The position numbers and the translations under genes were made by a program. From Squalus acanthias (taxonomy: Eukaryota), in contig JASTWF010000034.1 in assembly GCA_030390025.1 (NCBI GenBank), positions 4,712,001-4,776,000 on the forward strand: 64,000 bases of DNA, read 5' to 3'. Shown in pieces: positions 26,620 to 39,050 of this stretch (its first letter is position 1; each line of letters opens with the position of its first letter). The notes beneath the pieces were generated by a model. It searched no databases, was not told the origin of the DNA, and saw nothing but the letters and a program-made list of their open reading frames with translations.

Positions 26620-27668
26620 TATCAGCGTGTTGCAGTGAGGTGTATGGGTTAAATCAGAGAGTTACAGTCAGACATGTTGGGTATATGTCAGTGTTACAGT
26701 GAGGGTGTGGGGTTATTCAGATAGTTAAAGTGAGTCGTGTGGGGTATATCAATGTGTTACAGTGAAGAGTGTGGTGTATTACAGTATTACAGTGAGAGGT
26801 GTCGTGTAAATCACAGTTTTACAGCGAGGGGTGTGGGGTATAACAGAGTATTACAGTGAGGGGTGTGGGGTACATCAAATTGTTACAGCGAGGGGTGTGC
26901 GGTGTATCAGAGTGTTACATTGATGGTTGTTGGGTATATCAAAGTGTTACAGTGCGGGGTGTGGGGTATATCAGAGTGTTAAAGTGAGGTGAGTGGGGTA
27001 TATCGGTCTGTTACAGTGAGATGTTTGGGATATGTAAGAGAATTTAAGTGAATGGTGTGGGGTATATCAGAGGGTTAAAAGGAGGTGAGTGAGGTATATC
27101 GGTCTGTTACAGTGAGAGGTTTGAAATATGTAAGAGAGGATTAAATTATGGGGTATATCAGTGTGTTAATGATGTGTGTGAGTTATATCAGTGTTAAATT
27201 GAGGGGAGCGGCGTATATCAGAGTGTTACCATAAGGGGTGTGGGGTATATCGGTGTGTTACACGAAGGCATGTGTGGGGTTTATCAGAGTGCTGTAATCA
27301 GGAGAGTGGGTTTGCATCAGAGTGCTACAGTTACGGGTGTGGGGTACATCAGAGTAATACAATGATCGGTGTTGGGCATATCAGTGTGTTACAGTGAGGG
27401 GTGTGGTTTATAACAGAGTGTTACAGTCTGGGGAGTGGAGTTATATCAGTGTGTTACATTGAGGGGTGTCGGGTATATCAGAGTGTTACAGCGAGGGGTA
27501 TGGAGTATATCACAAAGTGTTACATTGAGGTGCGTGGGGTATAACGGTGTGTTACAGTGAGATGTTTGTGGTATGTAAGAGAGTGTTACAGTCAGGAGTG
27601 TGGGCTATATCAGAGTGTTAAAGTGAATGGTGTGGGGTATATCAGAGTGTTAAAGTGAGGTGAGTGGT
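26620..27668. repeat. diverged ~32-bp G-rich minisatellite, segment 2
   Basis: Same unit as 20632-21867. Confidence 0.92.
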
Positions 27669-27707
27669 CCATTACTCTTTATCTAATCGATGTGTATCTG
27701 CCTGTTC

Positions 27708-27838
27708 CAATGAAAGGTCTACGACCTGAAACGTTAAATCTCTTTCTCTCTCCACAGATGCTGCCTGACCTGCTGAGTATTTCCAGCATTTTCTGTTTTT
27801 ACTTCAGATTTCCAGCATCCACAGTATTTTGCTTTTGT
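27708..27838 (+). mobile_element. Penelope-type terminal fragment
   Basis: Same family as 17003-17134 (TGAAAGGTCTACGACCTGAAACGTTAA...CAGATGCTGCCTGACCTGCTGAG). Confidence 0.7.
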
Positions 27839-27882
27839 GCACCTGCCTGGAATGATTTGATCGGAGAGCATTGAGGGAGCTT

Positions 27883-28710
27883 TAAGAACATAAGCAATAG
27901 GAGCAGGAATAGGCCATTTGGCCCTTCGAGCCTCCTCCGCCATTCAATATGATCATGGCTGTTCTTCTACCTTATCTCCACTTTCCTGCACTATCCCCAT
28001 ACGCCTTGATTCCCTCAATATTCAAAAATCTATCGATTTGTGTCTTGAATATATTCAATGGCTGAGTCTCCCCAGCTCTCTGGGCTATAGAATTCCAAGG
28101 ATTCACCACCCTCTGAATGAAGACATTTCTCCTCATCTCAGTCATAAATGGCCGACCCCTTAGTCTGAGACTGTGACCCCTGGTTCTGGACTCCCAGACC
28201 AGGGGAAACATCCTCCCTGCATCTAAACAGCCAATCATAGTAAGCATTTTGTATGTTTCAATTAGATCACACCTCATTCTGCTAAACTCTAGAGAATATA
28301 GGCTTCGTCTACTCAATCTCTCCTCATCGGACAATCCCCCATCCCAGGAACCAGTCTCGTAAACCTTCCTTGCACTCCCTTTTTGACAAGTATATCCTTC
28401 TTAGGTAAGGTGACCAAAACTGTGCACAGTACTCCAGGTGTGTATCTCACCAGAGCCCTATATAATTGCAATAAGACGTCTTTACTTTTATACTCAAATC
28501 CTCTAGTAATGACGGCCAACATACCATTTGCTTTCCTAATTGCTTGCTGTACCTGCAGGTTAAAGTTCAGTGATTCGTGTACAAGGACACCCAGGTCCCT
28601 CTGAATACCAACATTTCCCAATCTCTCACCATTTAAAAAATACTCTAGTAGGAAAAATAGAAAAGCAAAGTGGATAACTTCACATTTCTCAGCATTGTAT
28701 TCCATCCACA
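27883..28710 (-). mobile_element. CR1-type LINE 3' fragment
   Basis: Minus-strand KCEVIHF, QRDLGVLVH, RTRGHSLR and VVNPWNS motifs; 3' UTR hairpin tail. Confidence 0.92.
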
Positions 28711-30049
28711 TATTACGTCCACGTAAGTTATTGGAATATTAATCACAATGCAACCAGACAATCAACAAATATAAAGTGTTGTAGTTATTTAATCCGCAGT
28801 ATTAAAAAGCACGGAACAAAATGGGTATCCGTATTTTCAACTTCAATAACTTCCATGAATAAACGTGGTCTTCTTGAACCAGCACACCACCCATGTAATA
28901 GGTCAGAAATGCAGCACTTATTCACAATTGCAGAAAAACACATACACAATTTGTGTCACTGAATGATAAACAAAAAGCAGGAAAAACTGTGATGTAACAG
29001 AAATAAACATCTGTCTTTCTTTCTGGACAGGAGAACCAGTCAGACTGACTAGGAAATGTTTACTCATATATTGATGTGAAGATTTATAATTTACCAATTT
29101 CGCTCCTAGTGTTTTTCTCTCAAACATTCTCCACAATATTATTCCCTGCTCTTATCAAGAAAAATGTTGAATTATTTTAGGTACTTCACAATTAAAAGCG
29201 GGGAACAAACTTCATTGAATTCACAATTTTTCATCTCCTATATCAAACATTCAATTGAATTGTACGTTATCAGTTTAATCAAAGTATTTTCTGTGTCTTT
29301 CTCAATAAACAAATAAAATAGTTTCCTGCAATTTTTTTTACATCATTATATATCTCTTGTTTCTGTTAACACTTCCCTAAATGTTTAAGAGGAAATCTAC
29401 ATTTACATTATTCCTGTGACTTGTTAGGACTACAGAACGACAGGCAAAATAAAAGGTTTTGTGTTTTTCCATTTTTTCGTTCTCTTCCTATATGTCTTAA
29501 TGGTATATTTTTTAAAAATTCATTTAAAATTAGTATTTAACTCCTACAAATCCTCCCCTGCCCTCCCCCTCCTCAACACCATGGTTGCATGTTTGTGTAA
29601 AGCTACTCACTTCACTTGATCGCTCACAATCAAAAATTGAGTAATTTCAATTTTAAAACATTTTAAGCATTTCAGAACCTCTTTAAAAACGTTTGGACTT
29701 CAAGACCTGGTTGAAACTTGTTTAGATGAGGAGGAAATTGATTTTTGCTTCTGTTTCTTCCAAAAATGATATTCAAAACTTAGGGGGGAAAAATGTTTTT
29801 AACACTCATTTATTGTGAAAAGTTCATTAAAAATCTTTAAATTCTTTCAAGTCTCATTGCAGCTTTGACAGAAGAAGTTGCTCCAAGTTTCTATTTCCCC
29901 CTTCAATGCTGTCGTTAAACATACAACAAAAAAAATAAAATAAAGTTTAATTCCAAACGGAGTTCAAATCAGAAAGTGAGTAACATGGTTAAACTTGCTA
30001 AGAAGGCGGCGAGGTTATCTCTCCCCAGCCCTGGCGATGAGTTGGGATC

Positions 30050-30905
30050 AGTGCTGTACTTGCCCTGGGAGCATTTGATTGGGACAGTGCAGATAACTTT
30101 AATCTTTATATAACCCGTACTATTATTGCCCGGGGAATATTTGATGTGGCAGTGCAGACGGAGCTTTACTTTGCATCCCGGGTGTTTGGGTATTGGGCCC
30201 CTCCACCAGCTCCAGCTCACTGTGCGAACTATGAATTTAATTGCGAAGGATCTTACAGATCGCTGCGCGGCCAAGAACCTTCCAGGGAACATTGCTCAGC
30301 AGGTCAGGCAGCATCTGTGGAGAGAGAAACTGAGTCAATGTTTCAGGTCGATGACCTTTCATCAGAAATGGAAAATGTTACTGATGTAACAGATTTTAAA
30401 CAAGTACAGAGGCAGGGAAAAGAGGGTATGGGAGGAAAGAACAAAAGGGAAGGTCTTGCTGTACCTGCCCTGGCTGTGTTTGGTGGGATTGGGTAGTGGG
30501 AGCTTTGCTCGTGCTGTACTTGCCTTGGGAGAAATTAATGGCACAGTGCAGAGGGAGATTTACCCGTTACCTAACAGGTGCTGCACCTGCCGTGTAAATG
30601 TTTGGTGAGGCAGTGTCGAAGTAGCTTTTAACTGTAATTAACCCATACTGTACCTGCACTTGGAGTATTTAATGGGGACAATGAAGAGCGAAATTTACTC
30701 TGTATCTATCGTGTGCTGTACCTGCCCTTGGAGTGTTTAATATGACTGTGTAGAAGGAGCTTTACACTTTATCTAACTGATGCTATACCTGCCCTGGGAG
30801 TGATTGATGGGGCAGTGAAGAGGGACTTTTACTCTTTATCTAACCCGTGGTGTACCTGCCTGTGAGTGTTTGATGTGACAGTGCAGAGTGAGATTTACTT
30901 TGTAT
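30050..30905 (+). repeat. 67-bp satellite, degenerate array (+ orientation)
   Basis: Diverged copies of GTGTTTGATGGGACAGTGTAGAGGGAGCTTTACTCTGTATCTAACCCGTGCTGTACCTGCCCTGGGA. Confidence 0.75.
30180..30455 (-). mobile_element. Penelope-like element 3' fragment with hammerhead-type core
   Basis: Minus strand TTCTGATGAAAGGTCATCGACCTGAAACATTGACTCAGTTTCTCTCTCCACAGATGCTGCCTGACCTGCTGAG. Confidence 0.65.
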
Positions 30906-30907
30906 CT

Positions 30908-31282
30908 CCATGTCCGTCCCTACCTCAGCTCATCTGCTGCTGATACCCTCAAATATGCCTTTGTTATCTCTGGACTTGACTATTCCAATGCACACCTAAC
31001 TGGCCCCAGATCTTTCACCCTCCATAAACTTAAGCTTAACCAAAACTCTGCTGCCATATCCTAACTCGCACCAAGTCCCGGTCACCCAACACTCCTGTGC
31101 TTGCTGACCTACACTGGCTCCCGGTCCAGCAACGCTTCAATTTGAAAATTCTCATCTTTGTTTTCAAATCCCTCCACGCTCTCTCCCTCCCGATCTCTCT
31201 AACCTCCTCCAACCCTACAACCCTCCGAGATATCTGCACCCCTCCAATTCTGGCCTCTTGAGCATCCCTGATTTTAATCTCT
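30908..31282 (+). mobile_element. L2-clade LINE 3' fragment
   Basis: AFVISGLDYSNA...QNSAAI.LTRTKSRSPNTPVLADLHWLPV.QRFNLKILIFVFKSLH. Confidence 0.85.
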
Positions 31283-31789
31283 CTTGCGGCTATATTTTTA
31301 TCTTTATTCCCCCATCTCTCTCTTTCTTTTAATCTCTTTCTGCAGCTGTAACTCTCTGTATATCTTTCTACTTCTTTTCTTGATCGCTGTCTATGTATTT
31401 CTCACTATCTGCGTTCTGGTCCCCAGTTTCTCTCACTGGTTCTCTGGGAATTTGGGAGTGATGAAATGTAAGAATGAAAGATGCTTTATTTAAATTTGGG
31501 GAGACAGGCGGTGAGGGTCCCTGGTTACATTTGGGGCCAGTGGGATACAAACGCAGGCTGTACAGTCAAAGAGGCGTGTCCTGTATCTCTACAGCTTTCT
31601 TTATTTCTCTGTATCTCTCCCTCTCTGTATATCTCTGAACCTCACTCTTTATGTGGCTCTCTGTATATGAATCTCTATTTATCTGTTTCTTGCTTTATAT
31701 GTCTGTATCTCTCTATACCTTTCCTTCATCTCTTTATAATTCTTTATTTGTTGAAATCTCTACATCTCTCACTTTGAATTTCCCTCGAC

Positions 31790-32750
31790 GCTATCCCATA
31801 AAACACTCCCAGGGCAGGTACAGCACGGGTAATATACAGAGCAAAGCTCCCTCTAAACTGTCCAACCAAACACTCACAGGGCAGGTACAGCACGGGATAG
31901 ATACAGAGTAAAGCTCTCTCTGCACTGTCCCATCAAGCAATCCCAGGGCAGGTACAGCACAGGTTAGATACAGAGTAAAGCTCTCGCTACACTGCCCCAT
32001 CAAACAAGCCCAGGGCAGGTACAGCACAGGTTAGATACAGAGGAAAACAAATTCTGCACTGTCCCATCAAACACTCCCAGGTCAGGTACAGTAAGTGTTA
32101 GATACAGATTAAAAATCCCTCTACACTGTCCCATCAAAAACATTCAGAGGGCAGGTACACCACGGGATTAGTTACAGAGCAAAACTCTCTCTGCATTGTC
32201 CCATTAAACACTCAGAGGGCAGGTACAACATGGGATTAGATACAGAGTAAAACTATTTCTACACTGTCATTTCAAACACTCCCAGGGCAGGTACAGCACG
32301 GGATTAGATACAGAGTAAAGCTCTCTCTACACTGTCCCATCAAACACTCCCAGGGCAGGTACAGCACGGGATAGATACAGAGTAAAGCTCTCTCCGCACT
32401 GTCCCATCAAACAAGCCCAGGGCAGGTACAGCACAGGTTAGATACAGAGTAAAGCAAATTCTGCACCGTCCCATCAAACACTCCCAGGTCAGGTACAGTA
32501 CGTGTTAGATACAGATTAAAACTCCCTCTACACTGTCCCATCAACAACATTCAGAGGGCAGGTACACCACGGGATTAGTTACAGAGCAAAACTCTCTCTG
32601 CATTGTCCCATTAAACACTCAGAGGGCAGTTACAACACGGGATTAGATACAGAGTAAAACTCATTCTACACTGTCATTTCAAACACTCCCAGGGCAGGTA
32701 CAGCACGGGATTAGATACAGAGCAACGCTCCCTCCACACTGTCTCATCAA
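31790..32750 (-). repeat. 67-bp satellite array (- orientation)
   Basis: CCCATCAAACACTCCCAGGGCAGGTACAGCACGGGTTAGATACAGAGTAAAGCTC units. Confidence 0.95.
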
Positions 32751-32751
32751 A

Positions 32752-35700
32752 GACTCGCAGGTAAATCCGTGCTATACCTGCCCTGAGAGTATGGTGCAAG
32801 GGGGAGGGATTCAAATTCCTGGGACATTGGAACCGGTTCTGGGGGAGGTGGGACCAGTACAAACCGGACGGTCTGCACCTGGGCAGGGCCGGGACCGCTG
32901 TCCCAAGGGGAGTGTTTGCTAGTGCTGTTGGGGAGGATTTAAACTAATGTGGCAGGGGGTTGGGAACCTGACCAGCGAGACAGAGGAAAGCATGTCAGGA
33001 AGGGACAGAAGGTATGGAGTAAAAGGTAAAGTGTTAAATAAGGAAAAAGCAGGAAGTAAGTGTCGCAAAACACCTTTGAAAGTTCTTTATCTGAATGCAC
33101 GTAGCATTCGTAACAAAATTGACGAGTTAACGGCACAAATAACTATGTATGGGTATGATCTTGTGGCCATTACAGAAACATGGCTGTAGGGTGACAACGT
33201 CTGGGAATTAAATATGCCAGGGTATTTAACAATCAGGAAGGACAGGCTATGTTAATAAAGGAAGGAATCACTGTAATACAGAGAAATGATATTGGGTCAA
33301 AAGATCAGGATAATGAAACAGTTTGGGTAGAGATAAGGAATAATAAGGGGAAAAAAACACTGGTGGGCGTAGTATATAGGCCTCCTAATAGTTGCAACTC
33401 TGTTGGAAGAAGTATTAATAAGGAAATAGTTGGGGCATGTAATAAGGGAACAGCTATAATTATGGGTGATTTTAACTATCATATTAACTGGACAAATCAA
33501 ATTGGGCAGGGCAGCCTTGAGGAAGAGTTTATTGAGTGTCTTAGGGATGGATTTCTTGAGCAGTATGTAACTGATCCCACAAGGGGGCAAGCAACCTTGG
33601 ACATGGTACTGTGTAATGAGTCAGGATTAATTAATAATGTCCTAGCTAAGGATCCCCTTGGAATGAGTGACCATAACATGGTTGAATTAGAGGGTGAGAA
33701 GGTTGGTTCTCAAACAAGCATGCTGAGCTTGAATAAAGGAGACTATGATAGTATGAGAGCAGAATTGATTAAAGTGGACTGGGAAAATAGATTAAAGGGT
33801 AAGACGGTACTTGAGCAGTGGTGTTCATTCAAGGAGTTATTTTACAACTTTCAAAATAAATATATTCCACTGAGGAAAAAAGGGTGTCAAAGAAATGACA
33901 GCCATCCATGGCTAAGTAAAGAAATTAAAGAAAGTATCCAACTAAAAAGAAGGACATATAAGGTAGCCAAAGTTAGTGGGAGGATAGAAGATTGGAAAGT
34001 CTTCAAAAGACAATAAAAAGTAACTAAAGGATTGATTAAGAAAGGGAAAATAGACTATGAAAATAAATTAGCAAAAAATATAAAAACAGATAGCAAGAGT
34101 TTCTATAGTTATATAAAAAGAAAAAGGGTGGTTAAGGCAAACGTAGGTCCCTTAGAGGATGAGACCGGGAAATTAATGGTGGGAAACATGGAGATGGCAA
34201 AAATGCTGAACAAATATTTTGTTTCAGTCTTTACGGTAGAGGACACTAAGAATATCCCAACACTGGACAAACAGGGGGCTCTAGTGGGGGAGCAGCTAAA
34301 TACGATTAAAATCACTAAGGAATTGGTACTCAGTAAAATAATGGGACTCAAGGCAGATAAATCCCCTGGACCTGATGGCTTACATCCTAGGGTCTTGAGG
34401 GAAGTGGCAGTAGGAATTGTGGATGCTTTGGTAATAATTTTCCAAAACTCCCTGAACTCAGCAAAGGTCCTGGCAGATTGGAAAACTGCTAATGTAACAC
34501 CCTTATTTAAAAAGGGTTGTAGGCAGAAGGCTGGAAATTATAGACCAGTTAGCGTATCATCTGTGGTGGGTAAAATTTTGGAGTCTATTATTAAGGAGAC
34601 AGTAACGGAACATTTAGATAAACATAATTTAATAGGACAAAGTCAGCATGGCTTTATGAAGGGGAAGTCATGTCTGACAAATTTGCTCGAGTTCTTTGAG
34701 GACAAAACGTACAGGGTGGATAAAGGGGAACCAGTGGATGTAGTGTATTTAGACTTCCAGAAGGCATTCGACAAGGTGCCACATAAAGATTATTACTCAA
34801 GATAAAAAATCACTGGATTGCAGGTAATATTCTGACATGGGTGGAGGATTGGTTATCTAACAGGAAGCAGAGAGTTGGGATAAATGGTTCATTCTCGGAC
34901 TGGCAACCAGTAGCCAGTGGTGTTCCGCAGGGGTCGGTGCTGGGTCCCCAACTCTTTACAATCTATATTAACGATTTGGAGGAGGGGACCGAGTGTAACA
35001 TATCAACTTTTGCAGATGATACAAAGATGGGAGGGAAAGTATAGAGTGAGGAGGACATAAAAAACCTACAAGGGGATATAGACAGGCTGGATGAGTGGGC
35101 AGAGATTTGGCAGATGCAATACAATTTTGGATAATGTGAGGTTATGCACTTTGGCAGGAAAAATCTGAGAGCAAGTTATTATCTTAATGGCGAGAAATTG
35201 GAAAGTACTGCAGTACAAAGGGATCTGGGGGTCTTGGTGCAAGAAAATCAAAAAGTTAGTAGGCAGGTGCAGCAGGTGATCAAGAAAGCCAATGGAATGT
35301 TGGCTTTTATTGCTAGTGGGATAGAATATAAAAACAGGGAGGTATTGCTGCAGTTGTATAGGGTATTGGTGAGACCGCACCTGGAGTACTGTATACAGTT
35401 TTGGTGTCCATACTTAAGAAAAGACATACTTGCTCTCGAGGCAGTACACAGAAGGTTCACTCGGTTAATTCCGGGGTTGAGGGGGTGGACATATGAGGAG
35501 AGGTTGAGTAGATTGGTTCTCTACTCATTGGAGTTATGAAGAATGAGAGGCGATCTTATTGAAACATATAAGATTGTGAAGGGGCTTGATCGGGTGGACG
35601 CGGTGAGGATGTTCCCAATGATGGGTGAAACTAGAACTAGGGGACATAATCTTAGAATAAGGGGCTGCTCTTTCAAAACTGAGATGAGGAGAAACTTTTT

Positions 35701-36048
35701 CACTCAGAGGGTAGTGGGTCTGTGGAATTTGCTACCCCAGGAAGCTGTGGAAGCTACTTCATTAAATAAATTTAAAACAGAAATAGACCGTTTCCTAGAA
35801 GTAAAGGGAATCAGGGGTTACGGGGAGCGGGCTGGAAATTGGACATGAGTTTGAGTTCGGATCGGTCAAGGCCCTGTGGGTGGCGGAGCGGGCCCAGGGG
35901 CCGAGTGACCTGGTCCTGCTCCTACTTCTTGTGTTCTTTAGAGTTGAGGTTGGATCAGATCAGCCATGATCTCATTGAATGGCAGAGCAGGCTCGAGGGG
36001 CCGATTGGTCTACTCCTGCTCCTATTTCTTACGTTCTTATGTTCTTAT
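32752..36048 (+). mobile_element. CR1-type LINE: end of ORF1 (SGNH esterase-like), near-complete disrupted ORF2 (APE+RT) and 3' UTR
   Basis: WCKGEGFKFLGHW...[76 protein letters not shown]. Several stops and frameshifts; (TTCTTATG)n end. Confidence 0.96.
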
Positions 36049-37525
36049 ATGATGGGAGGACTGTGTGCAGGAAGCTTTACTCTGCATCTAACCCGTGCAG
36101 TACCTACCTTGGGAGTGAATTTTTAAAAGGGAACTATTCACCCCTTTCTGATACCGTACCTGTTTGTCCCGTGTGTGTCGTCTCAGTGTCAGCTCCTGTA
36201 CGTGTATCATTAAACATTGATTAAAAGGAACTATTCACTCTCATCTGGTACTGTACTGCCCGTATGTCTCCACGCTGCTTCTCTCTCCCTGGCAACTGTC
36301 TGAGGCTGCACCTGTCCTGTGAGTGTTTGATTGAAGAATGGGAAGGGAGCTTTACTCTGTATCTAAAACGTGCTGTACCTGCCTGGGAGTGTTTCATGGA
36401 ATAGTTTACAGGGAGCTTTGCTCTGTTACTAGCCTGTGCTGTACCTGCCCTCGGAGTTGTTGATGGGACGGTGTAGCGAGTGCTTTACTTTCTATCTAAC
36501 CGGTGCTGTAACTGCTGTGGGAATGTTTGATGGGACAGTGTACATGGAACGTTACCCACTAGCTAACCCATGCCGTAACTACCTGGGAGCGTTTGATGGG
36601 ACAGTTTTGTAGGAGCTTTAACCTGTATCTAACCCGTGCTGTACCTGCCCTGGGAGTGTTTGATGGGACAGTGGAGAGGGAGCTTTACTCTGTATCTAAC
36701 CCGTGCTGTACCTGCCCTGGGAGTGTTTGATGGGACAGTGTAGAGGGAGCTTTAGTCTGTGTCTAACCCGTGATGTACCTGCCATGGGAGTGATTAATGG
36801 GACAGGGTAGAGCGAGCTTTACTTCTGTATCTAACCCGTTCTGTACCTGCCCTGGGAGTGTTTGATGGGAAAGTGTAGAGGGAGCTTTACTCTGTATCTA
36901 ACCCGTGCTGTACCTGCCCTGGGAGTGTTTGATGGGGCAGTGTAGAGCGTGCTTTACACTTTATCTAACCCGTGCTGTACCTGTCCTGGGAGTGTTTGAT
37001 GGGACAGTGTGGAGACGGCTTTACACTGTATCTAACCCGTGCTGTACCTGCCCTGGGAGTGTTTGATGGGACAGTGTAGCGGGAGCTTTACTCTGTATCT
37101 AACCCGTGCTGTACCTTGCCTGGGAGTGTTTGATGGGACAGTGTAGAGGGAGGTTACTCTGTATCTAACCCGTGCTGTACCTGCCCTGGGAGTGTTTGAT
37201 GGGGCAGTGTAGAGCGTGCTTTACCCTTTATCTAACCTGTGCTGTACCTGCCCTGGCAGTGTTTGATGGGGAGTATAGGTGAAATTTTACTCAGTATGTA
37301 ACCTTTGCTGTACCTGGCCTGGGAGTGTTTTATGAGACAGTGTAGAGGGAGGTTACTCTGTATCTAACCCGTGCTGTACCTGCCCTGGGAGTGTTTGATG
37401 GGCCAGTGTAGAGGGAGCTTTACTCTGTATCTAACCCGTGCTGTTCCTGCCCTGGGAGTGTTTGATGGGGCAGTGTAGAGCGTGCTTTACCCTTTATCTA
37501 TCCCGTGCTGTACCTGCCCCGGGAG
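36049..37525 (+). repeat. 67-bp satellite array (+ orientation)
   Basis: Period 67 (TGATGGGACA at 36661 and 36728). Confidence 0.95.
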
Positions 37526-37669
37526 CGTTTTTCTAAAATGGAACGATTCAGACCCGTCTGATACCATACTGACCGTGTTTGTCACAATGTCAGCTCCTGG
37601 ACATCTACAGTTGACATTTGGTAAAATGGTACTTGTCACTCTCAATGTTCCCTCTACGCTGCATACTCT

Positions 37670-38015
37670 CTGTAGTTTTGAAGAATGAGAGGTGATCTCA
37701 TTAAGATTCTGACGGGGATTGACAGGGTGGATGCTGAGAGGTTGTTTCCCCTGTCTGGAGAGTCCTGAACTAGGGGTCACAGTCTCAGCATAAGGGGTCG
37801 GCCATTATTCAGACTAAGATGAGGAGGAATGTCTTCACTCAGAGGTTTGTAAATCTTTGGAAATCTCTGTCCCAGAGTGCTGTGTATGCTGAATCGTTGA
37901 GTACTGTATATTCAAGGCAGATAGATAGATAGATTTTTGGACTCGAAGTAGATTCAAGTGATATGGAGAACGGGCGGGAATTTGTAGTTGAGGTCGAAGA
38001 TCAGCCTTGATCTTT
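37670..38015 (+). mobile_element. CR1-type LINE 3' fragment
   Basis: RMRGDLI..LTG.DRVDAERLFP...RGHSL motif sequence. Confidence 0.8.
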
Positions 38016-38838
38016 CCTTTGTATCTAAACTGTGCCATACCTGTCCTGGGAGAATTTGTTGGAGCGATGTATAACTGGTGCTAAATAGCCCTGGACTGTT
38101 TGATGGGGACCGTGTCGATCGAACACCACGTTGTTTCCATCCAGTGCTGTACCTGTCCTGGGAGTGCTTGATGTGAAAGCGTCGAGGGAGCTTTACTTTG
38201 TATCTAACCGGTGCTGCAGCTGATGGGTGCAATGTAGAAGGAGCTTTATTCTTTGTCTAACTGGTGCTATACCTGCCTTGGGTGTGTTTGATACACTGTA
38301 GAGCGAACTTCACTCTTTATCTGTAATGAAGTAACCAGGGATAATCATATATTGGATCTAATATTTAGAAGTGAGCCTGACCTCGTATCGGGTCTCCATG
38401 TGGGGGAACATCTGGTCAACAGTGACCACAGCATTCTACGGTTCCAACTGGAAATAAAACTGAAGGTACTGAGAACCTGCAACTCGTACCAGATTTCAGA
38501 AGAGCAAACCTCACCAAAATGGCAGATGATTTGGAACGGGTAAATTGGCTAATGAGACCGATGTAGAATATAAATGGAAAGTTTTTAAGAATAAGATAAA
38601 AAATGTGGAAAACAAATGTGTGCCCAAATTCAAAAGAAGGAAATATGGTAAGAAAAGGCCAAGGTGGCTGACTGGTTCATGGAAAAAAAGACTTTAGACA
38701 ACTGTGGGAGCAATGGGGAAAGCTTTTTCAGTTGTGAAGAGTCGGAGAATTACTAAAGTCTTCAACCTTGAAGATGATGTTCAACTATTAGAATTTAAAA
38801 ATGTTTCTAACCAAACCTGTATTAACATAGATGCACAG

Positions 38839-39032
38839 TGTCGTAAGAATGAGCCTTATGCGTGGTGAACTTAAAGTAAGCTTTAATCAACTAAAAAGGT
38901 GCTACATACAAAAGAGGTCTTAATCTATGCCTCTCCAGGATCCAACTGATCAGTCCAGTATTTATCCTGGACTAATCACAGGAAGTGATGCAATAAAGTT
39001 CGAGTGACAGGAAGCTGTATTGTGATACCACA
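38839..39032 (-). repeat. 3' LTR
   Basis: TGTGG...CGACA on the minus strand, preceded by the PPT. Confidence 0.95.
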
Positions 39033-39050
39033 TTCTCCCCCCCCAAAAGA

